Shown piece by piece: positions 1 through 12,204 of a stretch of DNA of 64,000 nucleotides. Position numbers and translations under genes: made by a program. Position 1 is the stretch's first letter; every line of letters begins with the position of its first letter. The stretch is from Leucoraja ocellata. Taxonomy: Eukaryota. The notes under the pieces were generated by a model. That model did no database searches. It worked only from the letters and a program-made list of their open reading frames with translations, and was not told the origin of the DNA. Location: NCBI GenBank assembly GCA_036785375.1, contig JAWMAR010000015.1:1798001-1862000 (forward strand), written 5' to 3'.

Positions 1-574
1 CCACTCTGCAACCCCCCCCCCCCCAACTGCATTGTTTGATGCTTCCTGCTTATTCATGGCATATGTGTCATGCTCTTTCCCTCTCTCTCCTGCCACTGCC
101 ACATTGTACACTTGCCAGCCTTAAATTTTTATTTTCTGATTTTGTCAGGTTTAATTTTCAGATTTATACTTCCCCTCACTGCCTGGAGCCGTTCTCATGT
201 TTTCCCCTTGCACGGTATTTGCAAAGGTGTCACCAAATTTCTTCTCCACCTTCTCAGTTTTATTCCGAATCCCATAAATCTTCATCCTAATGCCCGGCTT
301 TTCGCATGCAGCTTCATTGAAAGGTTTCAAATTAATGTCACTGGGGTTTCCATCGTTTACTCAGAATATCCCTCCTTCGTTGAAAGATGATCAAGAAAGA
401 TATTTTTCTCTGACTTCAAGTTGGCTGTTACATTCAAGGCTGTTGTCATGCATCAGTGATAATGCTAATTAATTGAAAATTTCATCCAGATTTGATTAAG
501 CACTTCTACACACAAAACACTAAAGTCACTGGAAATCTGAAATAAAAACAAGGAATGTGAGAAATACTCATAAG

Positions 575-925
575 GTCATGTGATAGGAACAGAATTAGGC
601 CTTTCGGCCCATCAAGTCCTACTCCGCCATTCAATCATGGCTGATCTATCTCTCCCTCTTAACCCTATTCTCCTGCCTTCTCCCCATAATTGTTGACACC
701 ATTACTAATCAAGAATCTATCGATCTATCTCTGCTTTAAAAATATCCATTGATGGCCTCCACAGCCTTTTGTGGCAAATAATTCCACAGATTCACCACCT
801 TCTGACAAAAGAAATTCCTCTTCATCTGCCTAAAGGAATGTCCTTTAATTCTGAGGCTATGACCTCTGGTCCTAGACTCTCCCACTTGTGGAAACCTACT
901 GTCCATATCCACTCTATCCAAGCCT
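575..925 (-). mobile_element. CR1/HER1-type LINE 3' fragment (copy near 25825-26170)
   Basis: ORF 736..921 has ESRTRGHSLRIKG...FF..KVVNLWN.LPQKAVEA, the CR1 ORF2 C-terminal motif, followed by a CR1-type 3' UTR. Confidence 0.85.
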
Positions 926-1315
926 TTTGCTATTCGGTAATTCGACTCAAGAGGTCAGACAGCATAATGAAGCAATATTTTTTTCTTTTGCTGGGTAGCG
1001 TTCTCACCCCTTGAGAATGAAAAAAAATGACTCATTTGTATGTGAAATTTATTTTGAACACTTTCTGTTCATTTACCTATTCACTAATTTGCCCAGTTCA
1101 CGGAACACACACATACCTCCAGATTCAGGAGCAGTTTCTTCCCAGTTGTTATCAGGCCACTGAACGGTCCTCTCACCAGCTAGAGTGTGGTCCTGAACTT
1201 CTATCGACCTCATTGGAGACCTTTGAACCATCTTTAATCGAGGCTTTTATCCGACTTCATTGCTATATCTGGCATTAAATGTTGTACCCTTTACCCTTTA
1301 ACTGTGCACTGCGGA

Positions 1316-1793
1316 TAGAGTTGCCAACTTTCTCACTCCCAAATAAGGGACAAAAGGTCAAAATACGGGATAAATACCCGACGGCAATTCGTTGACTGAC
1401 TCAGTCGTGGCTGGGTGAATGAAGAGTTGGTGGACTGCACACAAAACCCCACTGGCGGGCAAGCTGAGGCCCGCACGACGTCGCACGCAAAGTCGATGAT
1501 TGGCCAAGAGAATGAGGGGTGGTGGTATCGGCGGTAAGCAAAGGTCCGAAGGTCGGACAGCTGGCCGGGCTGCCGACCGAGGGGGCCATGGGCGAGGTGC
1601 TGCTGCTGCACTCCATGGGCTGCACTACGTTGGGACGGGTGAGGCGGGGCCGGACGTGGCGCTCCGACCCAACAGTCCCGTTGACCCGAGTAGTAGCAGT
1701 CAAATATGGGACAAGGGCGGTCCCGTATTGGACAAACCAATTTAGCCCAAAATATGGGATGTCCCGGCTAATATGGGACAGTTGGCAATCCTG
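1316..1793. mobile_element. Non-autonomous hAT-type DNA transposon (MITE)
   Basis: TIRs TAGAGTTGCCAAC / GTTGGCAATCCTG; 8-bp TSD actgcgga (1308-1315) / actgtgga (1794-1801); subterminal ATA(C/T)GGGA repeats; GC-rich interior. Confidence 0.85.
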
Positions 1794-2714
1794 ACTGTGG
1801 ACAGCTTGATTATATTCATGTATAGTCTTTCTTTGACTGGATGGCAAGCAAACAAAAACTTTTCATTGTACCTCAGTACACATGACAATAATAAACTGAA
1901 TTAAACTAAACTGTCTCATCTCTTAGAGTGGAAAGCAGCTTTAAATGAATATAAAATCTCAGTAACTGTTTCATGTTTCCCTCTTTTTCAACTCCACACT
2001 TGTGCATGATGTTATGATGATCATTGTTATAAAATTGCTCACTCACTATCAACTAAATCTGTCTCGTTAGTCGCTACTAAATCCAATATAGTCTGCACTC
2101 ATGTTGATCACAGGATTGAATGCAAAACTAAATTTACAGCTACCAGACAAGATACATTCTGTTTATGACAATTTATATAAAAGTTAATATCCTCCATTAA
2201 AACACACTGATATTACTGCAAGCCTGTCTACCTCCGCATCTATAACTCCACCACTTCACTACTACTCTATAACTTTACAATTACACAAGTCCCGGTGCTA
2301 ACTTAACTTCTCCCTAATTCTTTAATTACATCCCATAAAGTCTTCATTGTGCTCTGGAGACGAGAAAGACGGCAGATGATGGAATTTTGAGCAAAACTCG
2401 AAGTGCTGCAGGAATTCAGTGAGTCGGGCAGCACCTGTGAAAATGGTCAGACGGCGTTTCAATGGGCACTTCTTCAGACTGAAGAAGGGTCCTGGCCCGA
2501 AATGTTGTCTTGCCTATTTCCCTCCACAGGTTCTGTTTGACCCGCTGAGTTCCTCCAGCACTTGGTGCATTGCCTTTTTGTATTTTGACATATCCTCCTT
2601 TGCTCATTATTGCAGTGATTTCAATGTCATTTGTTAAGGCATCATAACCCCGCTACAATTTTGTTCCCTTTTCCTGTGGCCCTCACAATCTGGTATATTT
2701 ATATTGCAGCTCTG

Positions 2715-2985
2715 TCGGTATTTAGAAGTAAAGAGTGGAAACAGACCCTTCACTCCACTGAGTCCAGGCCGACCACCGATCACCCCACACACTAGCACTA
2801 TCCTGCACATTAGGGATAATTTACAGAAGCTACAAATCTGTGGGGTGTGGGAGCTGAGTACCCGGAGAAAACCCACGCGGTTAAAGGGAGAATATACAAA
2901 CTCCGTACAGTCAGCTCCCAAGGTCAGGATCGAACCCGGGTCTCTGGTGCTGTAAGGCAACAACACTATTGTCGTGCCACCCTGT
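2715..2985 (-). mobile_element. HE1-type V-SINE
   Basis: tRNA-like head with B-box GGTTCGATCC, V-domain-like core GGAGTTTGTA..TTCTCCC..GTGGGTTTTCTCCGGG, LINE-shared tail. Confidence 0.8.
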
Positions 2986-3589
2986 GGTCTTCAAGCATGT
3001 TTTAGTAAAGGCTACCTGGTTCGGCTGTCCAAGGTGACTGCACTTCCAATACACTCATCTTCCTATTGGGGGCCACGCAAACTCCTGTGTCCATCCTCTT
3101 GCATGTTTTATTTGAACATTTCTTAATTCCCTTTCGTGGTTTAACTAGTAACGGTCCTTTCTCCAGTTGTAGTGACTAAATAACCATTTCCGACTAGTAA
3201 ACTTTATATTTTGCAACCATGGAAGGAAATACCACTTCACGATCAGATGTGGATCTTGCAATGAACTAATGAGACGTGACTGTCCACAAACCTAATGGCC
3301 CCCTTCTTGGCTGCTGACTTATTTTATCATCTGCACAGTGGCAAATAATGACTTCTCTTCGGAAAAAGATCGAGTGATTTCATGAGCTAAACATAATGAT
3401 TAATCAGATATATTTTTCCACCTCTTTTCACAAAAAGGATTTTGGAAAACATTTCCAGACAGGGGAATGCAAGAGATTCAAGTCAGACAATAGGGAAACC
3501 AGTGGGACAATTAATGTAAGTCTGTTCTTTTCACCCAGTGATCAGCCATGTCTGACCCTAAATGAGCACTGAAGGGTGTACAACATGCT

Positions 3590-4212
3590 ACATAGAAACA
3601 TAGAAAATAGGTGCAGGAGTAGGCCATTCGGCCCTTCGAGCCTGCACCGCCATTCAATATGATCATGGCTGCTCATCCAACTCAGTATCCCATACCTGCC
3701 TTCTCTCCATACCACCTGATACCTTTAGGCACAAGGGCCACATCTAACTCCCTCTTAAATATAGCCAATGAACTGGCCTCAACTACCTTCTGTGGCAGAG
3801 AATTCCAGAGATTCACCACTCTCTGTGTGAAAAATGTTTTTCTCATCTTGGTCCTAAAAGATTTCCTCCTTATCCTTAAACTGTGACCCCTTGTTCTGGA
3901 CTTCCCCAACATCGGGAACAATCTTCCTGCATCTAGCCTGTCCAACCCCTTAAGAATTTTGTAAGTTTCTATAAGATCCCCCCTCAATCTTCTAAATTCT
4001 AGTGAGTACAAGCAGAGTCTTTCCAGTCTTTCTTCATATGAAAGTCCTGACATCTCAGGAATCAGTCTGGTGAACCTTCTCTGTACTCCCTCTATGGCAA
4101 GAATGTCTTTCCTCAGATTAGGAGACCAAAACTGCACGCAATACTCCAGGTGTGGTCTCATCAAGACCCTGTACAACTGTAGTAGAACCTCCCTGCTATT
4201 ATACTCAAATCC
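3590..4212 (-). mobile_element. CR1/HER1 LINE 3' end, 5'-truncated, with ORF2 C-terminus (ORF 3682..4176)
   Basis: RPHLEYCVQFWSP...LERLCLYSLEFRRLRGDLIETYKI...TRGHSLRI...RVVNLWNSLP; (TTTCTATG)n-type tail. Confidence 0.93.
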
Positions 4213-4325
4213 TATACAGGTCCAATTGTGTGTCCAAGTGTTTGTTGGTCAGCATGGACTCGGTGGACCGAAGGTGCCGTGTCCTTGCTCTATGTCTCAG
4301 TGGTTCCTCCATTAACACAAGAACT

Positions 4326-4679
4326 CAGGTCCACCGCCGATTTTCCCAACTGGAGGTCGTCACCACCTTTAATCCAGACAAAATTACAAGAGCGCACTTG
4401 AAATCCTCCCTGGAATTCCCCCTTGAAAATGTGGTGGCGAGGCCAGGTAAGGCGGCCGATCTCAACCCCAATGGGACCTCCGCATCGATGGACGGGTCGG
4501 ATTTGTCTCCTGTGGCCGGGGCCCTGGAACTTCGGCCCGGCCGTCCCCATAGTCAATATCTGAGACCCTCGGCGGCTCGTTCCAGTACCGTTGGATTCCT
4601 CTCGGAGGCCGTGACCTCTGTTGGTCTGGCAAAACGGACAATCCAGAAAGGCCCTGGTACCAAGTCGGTGGTGGACCCG
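4326..4679. mobile_element. Tc1/pogo(Tigger)-like MITE (copy at 29585-29950)
   Basis: Inverted ends CAGGTCCACCGCCGA / TCGGTGGTGGACCCG; the same family recurs at 50262-50781 (with TA flanks) and 61735-61865. Confidence 0.65.
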
Positions 4680-5445
4680 TGTATATAAATCACCAAAACA
4701 CACACATGCAATGTCCACACACAACAAAGCAAAAATTAAGTTTCCAACAAACGCCTCAGCAATGCTTCTCAATAATGTTTCTGCAGTAATTAAATTGAAA
4801 ATCACTCAACCATATGGTGTATATTTCACTGAATAAGATTAGATTGTAAACTTTTCACATCCTTTTTTATTATGAGCAGTGCACACTTAATTATATTCTC
4901 TTTGGTGAATTCAGCAATGCATTATCCACATGGAAAACATAATATGAAATAAACAATGCCTTAGGGAGGTTTGACTCTCATATGTATCCTCTCCCTCCAC
5001 TGAAGTTTCCAACATGTGTTTCAATCCAGTCAGACTCCAATGCTCTCCTCTGCATTCAGTTCATTCAGATTGCCTTGCAAATCCATTTTACCCAGGTGTA
5101 CTGCAAGCGCTCCTGATTCCCCAAGTCCTGGGAAACCGACTAACAGGTTTATTGTCCATGGCCCATTCTTTCACAAACTCCATCTCCAACACAAGAAGAA
5201 CTAATGGTGTACATAATGGGAGACACAAAAAGCTGGAGTAACTCAGCGGGTCGGGCAGCATCTCTGGAAAACAGGAATAGGTGACGGTTTGGGTCGAGAC
5301 CCTTCTTCAGTGCTGGTGCTGGTGTTGGTGTGCGGTGACATTTTACATGAAACTCCTCTTAAAACAGTTCAAGCAGTTTTCTACGGTAGACAAAAATGCT
5401 GGAGAAACTCAGCGGGTGAGGCAGCATCTATGGAGCAAAGGAATA

Positions 5446-5480
5446 GGTGACGTTTCGGGTCGAGACCCTTCGTCAGTCTG
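5446..5480 (-). ncRNA. Minimal hammerhead ribozyme motif in a Penelope-like repeat (copy at 30710-30744)
   Basis: Minus strand reads CTGACGA-A-GGGT-CTCG-ACCC-GAAAC-GTC: core CUGANGA and GAAA, 4-bp stem II, GUC triplet; stem I is poor. Confidence 0.6.
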
Positions 5481-5789
5481 ATTTTTACTTTTGATTTTTC
5501 CAGCATCTGCAGTTCCTTCTTAAACAGCTTTCTACGATCATTTCTCCTTACTATCCATCTGTTGCACTGCTGGGAAAGTCACTAGATCCTGCGCTGAATG
5601 TCTCTTGTAAATCACTGCTACACCAAAGCATCTCCCCGAACGACCGATCTTTGTTAGACCTGACATTACCGCCACAAGTTGTGAGTACAGGTACTAACAA
5701 AACAAGGACGTGTGGCAATCGTTAGGGGAGGGGATGTGGCTCATAAGTTCATCGGAGAGGGGGTGTAGCTCCAGGAGTGGCTGAAAGGA

Positions 5790-6060
5790 CGGGACCCTTC
5801 CTCCCTCCATTCCCAAGCATACTTCCAACAAACGCTCAATCATTTGAGAACAAGCCTGAAGAGCTTAGTGCAAGGCTGCTGCTTCAAAGGGAGACCAGGG
5901 ATGGCTGTGTTCTTTGCTTCACTGAAATATGGTCACCTTTGGCCAACCTAACCCTGACACACAACCCGCGGGTTTCAACATTTATCGTACAGACTGCAGA
6001 GAATCCTCATGCAGGGGGAAAGACAGTGGTGTCTGCTGTTTGTTTCATGACCCACTACTA
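5790..6060 (+). mobile_element. Degenerate Rex1/Babar-type LINE, AP-endonuclease N-terminal fragment
   Basis: ORF 5777..6091 PSILPTNAQSFENKPEELSARLLLQRETRDGCVLCFTEIW resembles the LPSILLANVQSLENK.DEL.AR...RDCCVLCFTETW motif of this clade. Confidence 0.75.
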
Positions 6061-6154
6061 TGATGGCCTCAGCTCAATCCCGCTCCTCTGACCTGCAATG
6101 CTCTGTGTCATGGAGTCAGGACAACAACGTCACTAAGAGAAAAAGAGTTTGGTA

Positions 6155-6372
6155 GAAAGGAACTGCAGATGCTGGTTTACACCGAAGATAGACACAAAAA
6201 GCTGGAGTAAATCAGCCGATCAGGCAGCATCTCTGGAGATAAGGAATAGGTGACGTTTCGGATCGAGACCCTTCTTCAGACTGAAGATACGGTCTGAAGA
6301 AGGGTCCCGACACGAAACATCATCGGACATGCTGCCTGACTTGCTGAGCTACTTCAGCTTTTTGTGTCTATC
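6155..6372. mobile_element. Palindromic Penelope-like short repeat with two back-to-back hammerhead motifs (6249-6283 minus, intact; 6291-6321 plus, decayed)
   Basis: Arm gatagacacaaaaagctggagta...ggcagcatc is inverted to atgctgcc...cttcagctttttgtgtctatc; CTGAAGA..GAAAC cores on both strands. Confidence 0.7.
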
Positions 6373-7549
6373 CAAAAGAGCTTGGTTATTGACCTGAGGA
6401 AGCAAGGGGTGGGGAAGAGGGACAAACACAATCTTGTTCTCATTAACTGATCACCTCTTTCACACCCCCTTCCCAAAGGTGCTGCCATGTACTCATGTCC
6501 TTAACTCTACCTCATTTTGCTATTCCTTTACTGGACATTTCTACTTTATTGCACAATTACAGGATGCATTACAATCTGGCCCCATTCTGCTGTATAGGGC
6601 TCATCATTGAAATTATTGCTGTATTTATCATTCCTGTATGTTTATTGTTTACTCAGAAAACTTCATGTGAACATGGGATTTTATAGCTTCCTGGCGCATA
6701 TGACAATGTACTAGAACTGCAGATGCTGGTTTACACCAAAGATAGACACAAAAAAGTTGGAGTAACTCAGCTTCTCTGGTGAAAAGGAATAGGCGGCTTT
6801 TCGGGTCAAGACCATTCTTGTCAGGGGAGAGGGAAAAGAGAGATATGGAGCAAATAAATGACAGATACGCAAAACGACAGATCAAAGCCAGCAACGATGG
6901 CCAAGGAAAGGTGGTGCCCACACTAATCGGAATCTGAACCAGCATTATCCGTCTGCTTCGCAGTTCCATTCCCTTTGCTTTTGTCATTGCAGTCTGTCCT
7001 TTAGGACACAGTGATCGGCCTCAAAGCACCTGTAGAAGCCCCTTGGACATTTCGTCCCTCCCTGCTGGCCGTTGTCTCTTCCTCCATTGTCTTCATACAC
7101 TTCTTGCTCTGCACGGAGGAAACTCTTGTCACAGAATGAGACTTCAGCATATTGAACTGCTGCACTCTGACTATCGATCACAGGAAGGTGATTTACTCTG
7201 GTCCATGTGTTGTGAAGGGACATTGAATGCATTCACAAGGCTGTGTTTGCAGACAGATGCTGGCACAAAAACCAATATCCCTCAGCACTGTACAGAAGGC
7301 GAGCTGGACGACAGAGTTATAACCAATAACTTAATACATGAAAGATGTCCAAATCTGTAATACGTTACAAGGTCCTTCGCAGCACCACGAACAGATAACA
7401 AGGTAAGGAATGAGAAATTGATCAGTGACAGAGGCAGGTTCCAGTGAAGGCCACAAAGGAGGAGAGAACAAGAGAGTGGAGAGTTAGAGGGGTTAAGGTG
7501 CCAATTCTAGAGTTCAGGGCCCATACATCTAAAGGCATCGTGGTTCATT

Positions 7550-8335
7550 TTAGTTTAGTTTTAGTTTTGAGATACAGCATAGAAACAGGCCATTCGGCCC
7601 ACTGAGTCTGCACCTACTAGCAATCCCTACATATTAACACTACCATAGAAACATAGAAACATAGAAATTAGGTGCAGGAGTAGGCCATTCGGCCCTTCGA
7701 GCCTGCACCGCCATTCAATACGATCATGGCTGATCATCCAACTCAGTATCCCGTACCTGCCTTCTCTCCATACCCCCTGATCCCCTTAGCCACAAGGGCC
7801 ACATCTAACTCCCTCTTAAATATAGCCAATGAACTGGCCTCAACTACCCTCTGTGGCAGAGAGTTCCAGAGATTCACCACTCTCTGTGTGAAAAAAGTTC
7901 TTCTCATCTCGGTTTTAAAGGATTTCCCCCTTATCCTTAAGCTGTGACCCCTTGTCCTGGACTTCCCCAACATCAGGAACAATCTTCCTGCATCTAGCCT
8001 GTCCAACCCCTTAAGAATTTTGTAAGTTTCTATAAGATCCCCTCTCAATCTTCTAAATTCTAGAGAGTATAAACCAAGTCTATCCAGTCTTTCTTCATAA
8101 GACAGTCCTGACATACCCTACACACACTAGGGACAATTTTACATTTACACCAAGCCAATTAATTAGAAAAACTTGAACATCTTTGGGGTGTGGGAGGAAA
8201 CCGAAGATCCCAGAGAAAACACACGCGGGTCACGGGGAGAACGTGCAAACTCCGTACAGACAGGTACCCGTAGTCAGGATCGAACCTGGGACTCTGGCGC
8301 TGTAAGGCAGTCGCTCTACCGCTGCGTCACCGTGC
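7550..8335 (-). mobile_element. V-SINE interrupted by a CR1 insertion
   Basis: SINE tail at about 7550-7644 and head/core at about 8114-8335; the same SINE is uninterrupted in copy 2 (about 32780-33090). Confidence 0.85.
7645..8113 (-). mobile_element. Young CR1/HER1 3' fragment present only in copy 1
   Basis: Open 123-codon frame 7743..8114 with CR1 motifs; (TTTCTATG)n tail; tacc on both flanks; absent near 32870. Confidence 0.92.
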
Positions 8336-8465
8336 TTCTGTGCTAATGTTGCAGCAATTAAAAACAGGGACGCACAGACGGCCCGGGTATAACGAAAACA
8401 CATGTTGGTGCAGTATTCAAAGATTGGGATGAGTGAAGTCTGAAGAAGTTGTCACTGAAGCCTAA

Positions 8466-8804
8466 AGGGCCTGTCCCACGAGCATGCGACCTGCCGGAAG
8501 CGGAGGCCGCGCGGAGGTCAAGTGTGTGACGTGAAGTTCAAGCGAAGTCCGCGGGAAGTTCGCACGTGACGTACGGCGTCAAGACGTGCTTACGGCGTCG
8601 AGGCGGTTGCGGGCCGGTAGGCCGTTCCCGCGCGGAATTTTTTAACAGCTTTTCAGAGCCACATGCGATGTCGGGACCAGCTCCGCACAACTCCATACAG
8701 CTCCGGCGATCAAAGCGGGACCGGCACCGAGAGGCCATACGGCTCAAGCGACCACGTTAGGTCGCGCTTGCCGCATGGAGTCGCATGCTCGTGGGACAGG
8801 CCCT
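8466..8804. mobile_element. PIF/Harbinger-type MITE A (copy at 33219-33555)
   Basis: Perfect 25-bp TIR AGGGCCTGTCCCACGAGCATGCGAC; TAA TSD on both sides; CpG-rich interior. Confidence 0.9.
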
Positions 8805-9459
8805 TAAGGGGGTTAAGCATTTAAAAATTAAGGTTGCCTGAACAATGTGAATATAGCACCGAGTGGTAAAAGTACTTTTACAGTAGCAACTTTGTACTTT
8901 ACATGCGGGAGAGCTGGCAATATGACCACAAAGTTATTTACACCACAAACAACATGATTTGATTCCACTGGCAGTGTCAGACCCCCTGGAAATGCGGATG
9001 TTTGGAGTCACTGAGAGATACAGCATTGAAGCATCTTCAACCCAGCCAGTCTGTGCCAAACACCTAGCAACCATTTTTACATTAAACCTACCTCAAGACA
9101 TTTTATTCTCCCCACAGTTCCGTCAGCTAGCCCCAGGTACTGCCACTCAGCTGTGCACTGGGGCCACTTAACCTTCCAAAACACTCACCTTTGATAAGTG
9201 GGAGACAAACACAGCACCCAAACAAAATTCTATGTGGTCACAGGGGGAACATGCCAGTTCCACATCGACAACACCAGAGGTCAGGATTGAACCTGGGTCG
9301 CTGGAGCTGTAAGGCGGCAGCTCCACTCGCTGTGTCTCTGTTCCACCCCTATATCTTATCCTGTGGTGCGGATCTGAGACAATTTACTGGTTGTCAGGCA
9401 GAAACAAGGTGTGGAGTTCTCCATTTGCTGGAATGGTGCTGACAGTGGAGGATGACAAT

Positions 9460-9728
9460 GGGTGGCGCAGCAGTACAGTTGCTGCCTTACAGTGCCAGCG
9501 ACCCCGGTTCAATCCTGACTATGGGTGCTGTCTGTATGGAGTTTGTACATTATCCCTGTGATCACGTGGGTTTCCCCTGGGTGCTCTGGTTTCCTCCCAC
9601 ACTCCAAACACATACAGGTTTGCAAGTTAATTGGCTATGTTAAAAATTGTAAAATTGACCTGGTGTGTTGGATTGTGCTAGTGTACGGGATCTGTGCTTC
9701 CGCGCTGTATCTCTAAACTAAACTAAAT
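9460..9728 (+). mobile_element. HE1-type V-SINE
   Basis: GGTGGCGCAGC.GT A-box-like, GGTTCAATCC B-box, V-domain, CTAAACTAAA tail. Confidence 0.85.
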
Positions 9729-9798
9729 CTGACTCCAGTAAACAGGAGCATTGTTACATCAATCAGTGCTGAGAACAGTGATAATGAACTTTACTTAC

Positions 9799-9848
9799 TT
9801 TGAGGCAAGGACTATCACTACCGGCAAGCAACAGAGAAAGATTCTTAC
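9799..9848 (-). other. Candidate recursive-splice site / 50-nt RS-exon (copy at 34547-34596)
   Basis: Minus strand ttttcatttccctttcAG|GTAAGA, with a second donor AAA|GTAAGTAA 50 nt downstream. Motif only; no transcript evidence. Confidence 0.35.
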
Positions 9849-10364
9849 CTGAAAGGGAAATGAAAAATAATTAAAACACTTACTAAAAGAAAGGCACATA
9901 AAACATCATCTATGTAAAAACTGAGCACTTGGATGGTGGACTGCATAAGATCAATGAAAGACACAACGTGCTGGAGTAACTCGGTGGGTCAGGCAGTATC
10001 TCTGGAGAAAATGAATAGGTGATGTTTTGCGTCCTTCAGACTGAAAGTGGGGAGGGGGGGTTAAAAACTCAAGGCAAGAAAAGACCAGGACTAATCAGGG
10101 CCGACAACAGACAATCAGATCCAGGTCGTACCCTGTTAGGTCGGCTCATTGTTGGCTAGGGAAGGTGTGATCTCAAGAGGGATACAACGTTTGCAACCAG
10201 GGTGTAAGATTAGTTTTTGGTTGCGATCGCAATTTTACATCCTTATTTACTGCAAGGATTCTCCAACTAAATAGGAGCACGTGTCTAGCACATCAGTGGC
10301 TAGTCGGCATTCCACTGAACACAGACGTTTATAGCTGTACTGGACTACGGGGATGTCCTCGAAC

Positions 10365-10580
10365 CATCTGTGGAATTATTTGCCACAGAAGGCTGTGGAA
10401 GCCGAGTCGGTGGATATTTTTAAGGCAGAGATAGATAGATTCTTGATTAGTACGGGTGTCAGAGGTTATGGGGAGAAGACAGGAGAATGGAGTTAGGAGG
10501 AGAGATAGATCAGCCATGATTGAATGGCAGAGTAGACTTGATGAGCTGAATGGCCTAATTCTATTCCTATTCCTTATGAC
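10365..10580 (+). mobile_element. CR1/HER1 3' fragment
   Basis: tctgtggaattatttgccacagaaggctgtgga (LWN.LPQKAVE) plus 3' UTR gatcagccatgattgaatggc. Confidence 0.85.
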
Positions 10581-10704
10581 ATAATACATTTGCAGAGCTG
10601 GAATCACCTTTTTGTCACTAATTCAGGGAAGGATACTGAGGGACAAATATGTGGGAAGTTACAGAGATGCAAAAACCATAAAGCGATAATGGTTAACTTC
10701 AATT

Positions 10705-10960
10705 ATAGATGCAGTGTGGAAACAGGCCCTTCGGCCCAAAGAGTCCGTGCCAACCAACGATCCCATGCACTAGCACTGTCCGACACACTAGGAATCATTT
10801 ACAATATTAACTGAAGCCAATTAGCCTATAAACCTGCGCGTCTTTGGGGTACGGGGAAAACCCACACGATCACGGAGAGAACGTACAAACACCATACAGA
10901 CAGCATCCATAGTCAGGATTTCTGGCGCTGTACGCCAGCAACTCTACCGTTGCGCTGCCC
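10705..10960 (-). mobile_element. V-SINE
   Basis: Tail ggaaacaggcccttcggccc, core gagaacgtacaaac, head gcaactctaccg. Confidence 0.8.
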
Positions 10961-11374
10961 TTGCCCATTGATGAAAAGGAAGAGAAACTTCCAAAATATT
11001 GTCAGGAGAACTTTCAATGAAGTTACAGGAAAGGAAATAAAATCAAGCATACGGCAAACACCAAGAGAGCATCAGGCTGGTTATAGAAAGCTCGGAGGGG
11101 AAGTAATACAGGAGGTTAAGAGGCTGGCAGGAAATGGATGAAGGAAATGGAAGAGTGAATCCAAAAATATTTTGCAGGGATGTGAAGAAGAAGAAGGTTC
11201 TAAGAAGATAAATGGTCAGAGATCAGATGAGAATCTAGACATCGTGGCAGAGGGCATGACTAAGCCTTGATTACTATCTTGGGCAGCATAGTGCTGGTGT
11301 ATGGGGAGATTGTTGGCCGGCTTGGACTTGTTGGGCCGAAGGGCCTGTTTCCGTGCTTTATCCCTGAATTAAAG

Positions 11375-11640
11375 ATCATAAATAATAGGAACAGAATTAG
11401 GCCAATCAGCCCATCACGTCTACTGCGCCATGCAATCATGGCTGATCTATCTCTCCCTCCTAACCCCATTCTCCTGTCTTCTCCCCATAACCTCTGACAC
11501 CCGTACTAATCAAAAATCTATCTATCTCTGTCTTAAATATATCCACTGACTTGGCCTCCGCAGCCTTCTGTGGCAAACAATTCCATAGATTCACCACCCT
11601 CTGACTAAAGGAATTCCTCCTCATCTCCTTCCTAAAAGAC
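11375..11640 (-). mobile_element. CR1/HER1 3' fragment
   Basis: Same sequence family as 575-925. Confidence 0.8.
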
Positions 11641-11939
11641 CATCGACTTCCTAAACTAACTAAAGTAAACTAGATTTGACAGCCTTTCACGATGCCAAGA
11701 GACAGCATGGAGAGTCAATGCTGTGATCTGGTTGAGTCACCCATTCCCACTGTATATCACTGTACCACCATCCATGGTGGAGCTGTGTGGGAAAGGCCAC
11801 ATCTAGACAGCCGAGGTACATCCTGGGTGAGTGTGAGGAGGAATTGGGGTGGGTGTTGGCGTGTGAACGTGCCTGGGTCAACCCTGGCTTGTCCGTGTGG
11901 CTTTGACGTAAATTTGACTCGTCAGACCAATTTAGAAGG

Positions 11940-12200
11940 CACTTAAGACCCAACTTTGTCAGGTAGCATTTGGACCGGGTCTATTTCCCGAGAAGGTTTG
12001 AGTGAATGGGATGGGTTTTATGACAATCTGGGACTGTCACTGATACCACCTCTTTATTTATTTAGGTTCAGATTTATTTCATTAACTGAATTTAAAATTC
12101 CCCAGTTGCCACAGTGGGATTTGAACTCATTTCTCCGGATCATTAGTCCGGGCGAGTGGATTACAAGCCCAGTAACATAATCACTTTTGCAACCGTTCCC
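11940..12200 (-). mobile_element. Old tRNA-derived SINE, distinct from the V-SINE family
   Basis: Minus-strand head with GAGTTCAAATCCC B-box, then ggaattttaaattcag..aataaatctg..taaaacccatc; recalled as an abundant shark SINE, not verified. Confidence 0.55.
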
Positions 12201-12204
12201 AACG

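Noticed and set aside
36-472. Possible coding exon near the window start
   Set aside because: Stops in the minus-strand frames, frameshifts between the two copies and no recognisable protein.
1316-1847. CpG-island-like promoter with several ORFs
   Set aside because: The GC-rich part lies within a TIR/TSD-bounded hAT MITE; the same applies to the GC-rich patches at 8.5 kb and 20.5 kb.
4152-4805. Overlapping 178-aa and 171-aa ORFs
   Set aside because: They span a CR1 end, a SINE tail and a GC-rich MITE; no domain is recognisable, and identity with copy 2 only reflects the duplication.
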